This document shows, piece after piece, positions 59,864 through 64,000 of a stretch of DNA of 64,000 bases. The translations under genes and the position numbers were made by a program. A model generated the notes under the pieces. The model was not told the DNA's origin and did not search any database. It worked only from the letters and a program-made list of their open reading frames with translations. Source of the stretch: Phaeosaccion multiseriatum (taxonomy: Eukaryota; Protista; Ochrophyta, other classes); contig OZ218951.1 in the NCBI GenBank assembly GCA_965112735.1, forward strand, positions 3,906,001 to 3,970,000, given 5' to 3'. How positions within the stretch are numbered: position 1 is the first letter of the stretch; each line of letters opens with the position of its first letter.

Positions 59864-60137
59864 ACCGAGCGCTGGACGCCGCCAAGCTACGCAAGATCTG
59901 AGTGTTGGCATTCGTCACGTCGGGAGCCGAGAAGGTGGAGCCCTCCTCATTGCCTTGCTGCTGCTCCTGCTGCCCCTCTTGGCCGTGCCACCACCCCTGG
60001 CCGAAGTGGTGGGCGCTGTTGAGTGTCTGCTGCTGCTGGTCCGCTTCCACATTGGAAAGGTGCTGTCGAAGCGAGCCGAAGATGCCATCAAAGAGCGCAT
60101 CTGTCGTTGCATCTCCACGGGACTCTAGTGTCTGCAT
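52714..60137 (-). CDS. Large low-complexity hypothetical protein (about 4 exons) with an apparent 1-nt frameshift at a C15 run
   Basis: Exons are about 60137-59520, 59240-58452, 57870-54340 and 53656-52714. Globular-looking islands: ELLHECLGEYEK...WARFC, CRWRAC...YYLCPTH and AELDWAHALIG|VTSELEQLRALG. The frame changes at 55090-55104. Confidence 0.55.
53668..54310. repeat. Polypurine/polypyrimidine GA minisatellite array filling an intron
   Basis: About 640 bp of almost pure G/A, with recurring units such as GAGAAGAGGAGTGAGAGAGGAGAGA and GGAGAGACGAGAGGAGAGTGAA. Confidence 0.9.
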
Positions 60138-60608
60138 AACGTCACATCCGTGGAGACTCCACTAAGGTCTGCGTGAGGGAGGTGCAAGTGGGTGTGTTGA
60201 GACCTGTGCCCAGGCTCGCTATTGCGGCCGCAGCCATGCCTCACAGCAAGCTAAAGGGGACCTTGAAGGCTCAACAATTGTCGAGCAAGATTCCGAGCAA
60301 AGCAGGTGGGAAGCCGCCCAGCTGAAACGGAAACTAGTTTTGTTTTTTCCCAACTGCGGCAAATCGCAAAGCTGCAGTTTGCATCCTAAAAAAAAGAGCT
60401 GAGAATAACAAGTAATAGAGAGAGGTGGTGTGAGAGGTTCAGTGGACTGGGGTGGGAGGAGTGCGGTGTGGGAGCATCAGCTCTCGTCTCATCGTCTTCA
60501 CCCTTCCACCCTTCCTCTCCGGATCAAATTATCTAATAATTATCTTGCTCCCTGCTGAGGGGAAGTCCGACCTAAAATCTCTGAGCAGCTCCTCGCAGCC
60601 GTAGCAGG

Positions 60609-62329
60609 ATGCTCGCCACAAGCGCAGACGTGGTCCGAATCTGGGAGTATAAGGATGCCGAGCCCGCGGATCTTCACCAGGTGTCCGAGCATCAGCCGCA
60701 CTCAGCTGGGATCAACGCGGTGGCTTGGAGAAGCAATGCGGCGGTGGTGGCATCCGTCTCGGATGACGGGACCTGCACGCTGACTCAAACGTCGACGGGC
60801 AAGACGGTGACGAGTTTCACGCCGGGCGTGTCTCTAGAGGAGGTGCCGAAGCACGATGCGGCTTGGCTCCGAGAGAGGCAGTTGCCAATTGGATGTGTTG
60901 GGTTTAGCGGGGAGACTGGACGCTACGTGGTGACTGGAGGAGCCAGTGGTGTTGTGGATGTGAGTGCAAAGCGAAAAGGGCGCTTCTTACCACCTCGCCC
61001 ACTATCTCCTCCTTCCTTCTCGTCCCCTCCCGTAAGCACCCCTAATGGTGCCCCCTCCAATGTGAATGTGTGTGCTGCTTTAGATCTGGGACTCCAAGCG
61101 CGACCGCTCCGTGCGCAGCATGAAGGGTGCTACAGGACCCGTCACGTGTGCGCAGTTCTGCCCCAACGACGAGACCGTGGCGGCGGGCAGCGAGAGGGGT
61201 GAACTGCTGCTCTTCAGAGTGAGGACGGGCAACGCCGTGGGGAGAATGGTGCGACCAGGAGCAGGAGCAGCAGGGACAGCAGCAGCAGAAAGACCTCCGC
61301 ATGGGGCGGGAGTCACAGGCCTCGCAGTGAGTCTGAGCACCTTGGTGAGCTGCTACGGAGACGGCTCAGCCCTGTTGTGGGACGCAGAGACCCAGGCGTG
61401 CGTGGGGGCCCTGTCCACCAAGCATGAGGGGCCAGCCAGCGGGGTGGCCTTCTCCCCCTCGGACCGCTCTCTTCTCGCCACCGCAGGGGCCGATGGTCGC
61501 CTCCTCCTGTTCGACTCCCGAAGCCGCAAGCGTGTGGTGGAGGGGACGATCCAAGCGAGGTGTGCACTCACTGGGCTCGCGTTCCACCCCCACGGACACG
61601 TGGTGGCTTTGAGCAGCACGGAAGGCGAAGTGGTACTGGTGGACGTGCGTCGGGCAGGGGGAGAGTGCCTGGCCCGGCTGCAGGCGCACGAGGGGGGCGT
61701 GTCTGTGAGGGGTATTTCGTTCCAGCAGCCAGCCAGAAAGGCGAGCTTTCGGGTCGATGCGGCGGCGGGGACGGGAGAGAGGGGAGGGGACGGAGCAGCA
61801 GCAACAGCGGCAACAGCAGCAGCAACAGCAGGAGCAGCAGCAGTAGCAGCGGTAGGAGGGCGCCCGCGAGAGCGGAGGAGGAGCCGCAGTGGGGCGCCAG
61901 GAAGTAGTGCCGGGACCGTGCAGGCGCCAGCACCAGCTGGGGGAGCAGGCGCAAGGGCAGCAGTTGGTGATACAGGGCCAGGGACAGGGGCAGGGGAGAA
62001 GGGCCCTCCAGTAAGCTTGGGCAGCACTAGCAGTATGGGCAGCTTGCTGGCGACAGAGGACAGAAGAAGCGGTGCCCCCGCAGTCATGGCCGGGCACAAG
62101 AGATTGCGAGGGGACGGATTGGTGGAGGGAGGCATGGCTGCGGCTTCGCACCCCCCTCCTCCTCCACCTCCTCCTCCTGCTCCTGCTCCTGCTCTGACAG
62201 GGGCGGAGGGGTCTTCCAAGGGGGCTGGCAGCAGCGGGGCCGCGCAGGTGGATACCGGCCTGAGCGAGGCGTGGCGCCTCAGGCAGCAGGAGCTGTTGCA
62301 GCAGCACCAGGTACAGCAGCAGCACCAGC

Positions 62330-62378
<49 letters not shown>

Positions 62379-62943
62379 GACCGAGCAGGAGCAGAAGCAG
62401 CAGCAGCGGGACTTCTCCTTGGAAAGGCACCACTCTCGTCGGGATCCCAAGAATGCGCCTCCTGTGGGACGAACACGAGCACCAGTGCTGACTGGAGAAA
62501 CGGGAGGGGTGGGGAGGGTGGGCTCCGAGGGGGTCAAAGGGCGGCGAAAGCAGCCATCCACAGGCGGTGCAGCAGGAATGGCAGCAACAGGAGGAGGAGG
62601 AGGAGGAGGAGGAGGAGGAGGAGGAGGTGTGGTGTCGCTGGGAGGGGGCAGTGGAGGAGGAGGAGGAGGAGGAGGAGTAGGGACAGGCCTGCGCGATGGA
62701 GGCCTCGGTGGCGAGGAGCTGCTGCTGGCGATGGACCGCTTGCTCACCGACAAGATGGGCAGTGTGCGGGCAGACTTGGAGAGGGATGTGCAGAGCCTCC
62801 ATGTGGACATGTTGAGGCTCTTCCAGGAGCAGAGGGAGGACACCAAGGTGTTGCTGGGGGAGCTGCAGAGAGAGATGAGCGGGCTGGTGGAGGAGAACAG
62901 GGCATTACGGGAGGAGCTGGACTCTCTCAAGCAGATTTATTGA
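60609..62943 (+). CDS. NEDD1: NEDD1/GCP-WD gamma-tubulin ring complex targeting factor (intron 60960-61083)
   Basis: N-terminal WD40 propeller (MLATSADVVRIW; HEGPASGVAFSPSDRSLLATAGADGRLLLFD) and a disordered linker. The diagnostic C-terminal helix reads VRADLERDVQSLHVDMLRLFQEQ...LVEENRALREELDSLKQIY*. Confidence 0.88.
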
Positions 62944-63329
62944 TTTGAAAAGTAAAAACAAATCGAAGCAGTACGTACGCATTACGTAACGGCGTCCTGA
63001 CACCCCCTCGTCTGTTCTCTGTGTTTTGATGACAAAGCGCGCAGCAATTAATTAGAGGACCATCGTCGAGGCTGTGACCTCGACAGCCGTGCGGGGAGCC
63101 GAGGAGAACTGTGCTGATTAACTTCTCCTAATGAGAACACAGACGTAAACCTGGGCAAGGAAGGCCCTCATAGGCGCCACCCACCCCCTGTGTTGTCTCT
63201 CTCCTCCTTGGCTCATCCTCATAGGCTTCCCTTTCCCGGTAGAAGCGGCTCATCCCACTGGGCAATCAAGAGAAGTGTGCTTTGAGCCTGTAGGCTGGAC
63301 TGGACGAGTGTTGGGGAGGGGCGCCAAGT

Positions 63330-64000
63330 ATGCAGAAGAACGTCGAGGTGTGGGTCCGGGACAACCAGGGCGACCAGGCGTGGATCCCAGGAACCATCTT
63401 GGAGAACCGCGGGGAGAGCATCCTCGTGGAGGTAGCAAGTGACTTCAGCAATGAACCGCTCGTTTTCAAGACGAACACAGGAGGTGAGGCCTTCTGGGGC
63501 GTAGAGGTGTCCTTGTTCGTGGTGGAGTTGGGAAATTGGGAGGGGAACATACAGCGAGGAGGAGGAGGAGGAGGCCAACACACTGAGCCCTAGGGCACAG
63601 CTGAGGGGCATTGACCGGAAAGAAGGGTAGAAGCTGCTGCTTGAAGAAGCATGCAGAAAAGAAGACGTAGCAAAAACGCCGTACTCCGCGAGCGACCCAG
63701 CCAAGGCCCTGTCTGGACTTTCGGCGAGCTCCTCTCCTCGGCCTCTCTCTCCCTACCTCTCCCAGACTCTACTCACCTACCTACTTACTCTCTTCTCTCC
63801 ACTCATCATCTGCCCTGCCCTTGTCCATCCGTCCTGTTCCCTCCATCCTCTCTTCCTCTCTCAGAGTCCGAGCTCGAGGACGTAAAGCTGGCCAACGACC
63901 CGGAGCAAAACACGGTAGATGACTTAATCCAGCTGCCGCATCTCCACGAGGCTGCCATCCTCCACTCGCTCACCTTGCGCTTCGACGAAGGCACCATCTA
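63330..64000 (+). CDS. Myosin, N-terminal SH3-like region and start of the motor domain (partial)
   Basis: Exon 63330-63483 (VWVRD...AWIPGTI) splices to 63865, giving VDDLIQLPHLHEAAILHSLTLRFDEGTI, the canonical start of a myosin head. The gene runs off the window end. Confidence 0.9.

Noticed and set aside
61353-62930. 525-aa and 478-aa minus-strand ORFs
   Set aside because: Antisense shadows of the GC-rich NEDD1 exon.

Overview
Eukaryotic nuclear DNA: GC-rich, gene-dense, with many GT-AG introns full of microsatellites. It most likely comes from a photosynthetic stramenopile (ochrophyte), because two genes carry bipartite signal + transit peptides with an ASAFAP-type F/W at the cleavage site. 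About 17 spliced or single-exon protein genes can be rebuilt by hand. In order: USP10/Ubp3-like deubiquitinase (partial, absent from the ORF track), plastid membrane rubredoxin-like protein, KP-43/TagA-type subtilase, kelch+EGF surface protein, PAM2-motif protein, SRP19, importin-4, an unknown gene, a YHS-family protein, an unknown multi-pass membrane protein, a plastid EF-hand-repeat/fibrillin fusion, an EF-hand+WD40 (WDR49-like) protein, SF3B1, a large unknown protein, NEDD1 and the start of a myosin. Most ORF-track entries are shadow frames of these genes or of repeats. The best non-coding signals are: (i) a tandem pair of box C/D snoRNAs (SNORD29/snR71-like guide) in importin-4 intron 1; (ii) a structured snoRNA-like element with rRNA complementarity in an SF3B1 intron; (iii) a recurrent pattern of mutually complementary microsatellites at the two ends of introns; (iv) six head-to-head gene pairs. 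Exon boundaries and family calls come from reading the sequence and recalled motifs, not from database searches.
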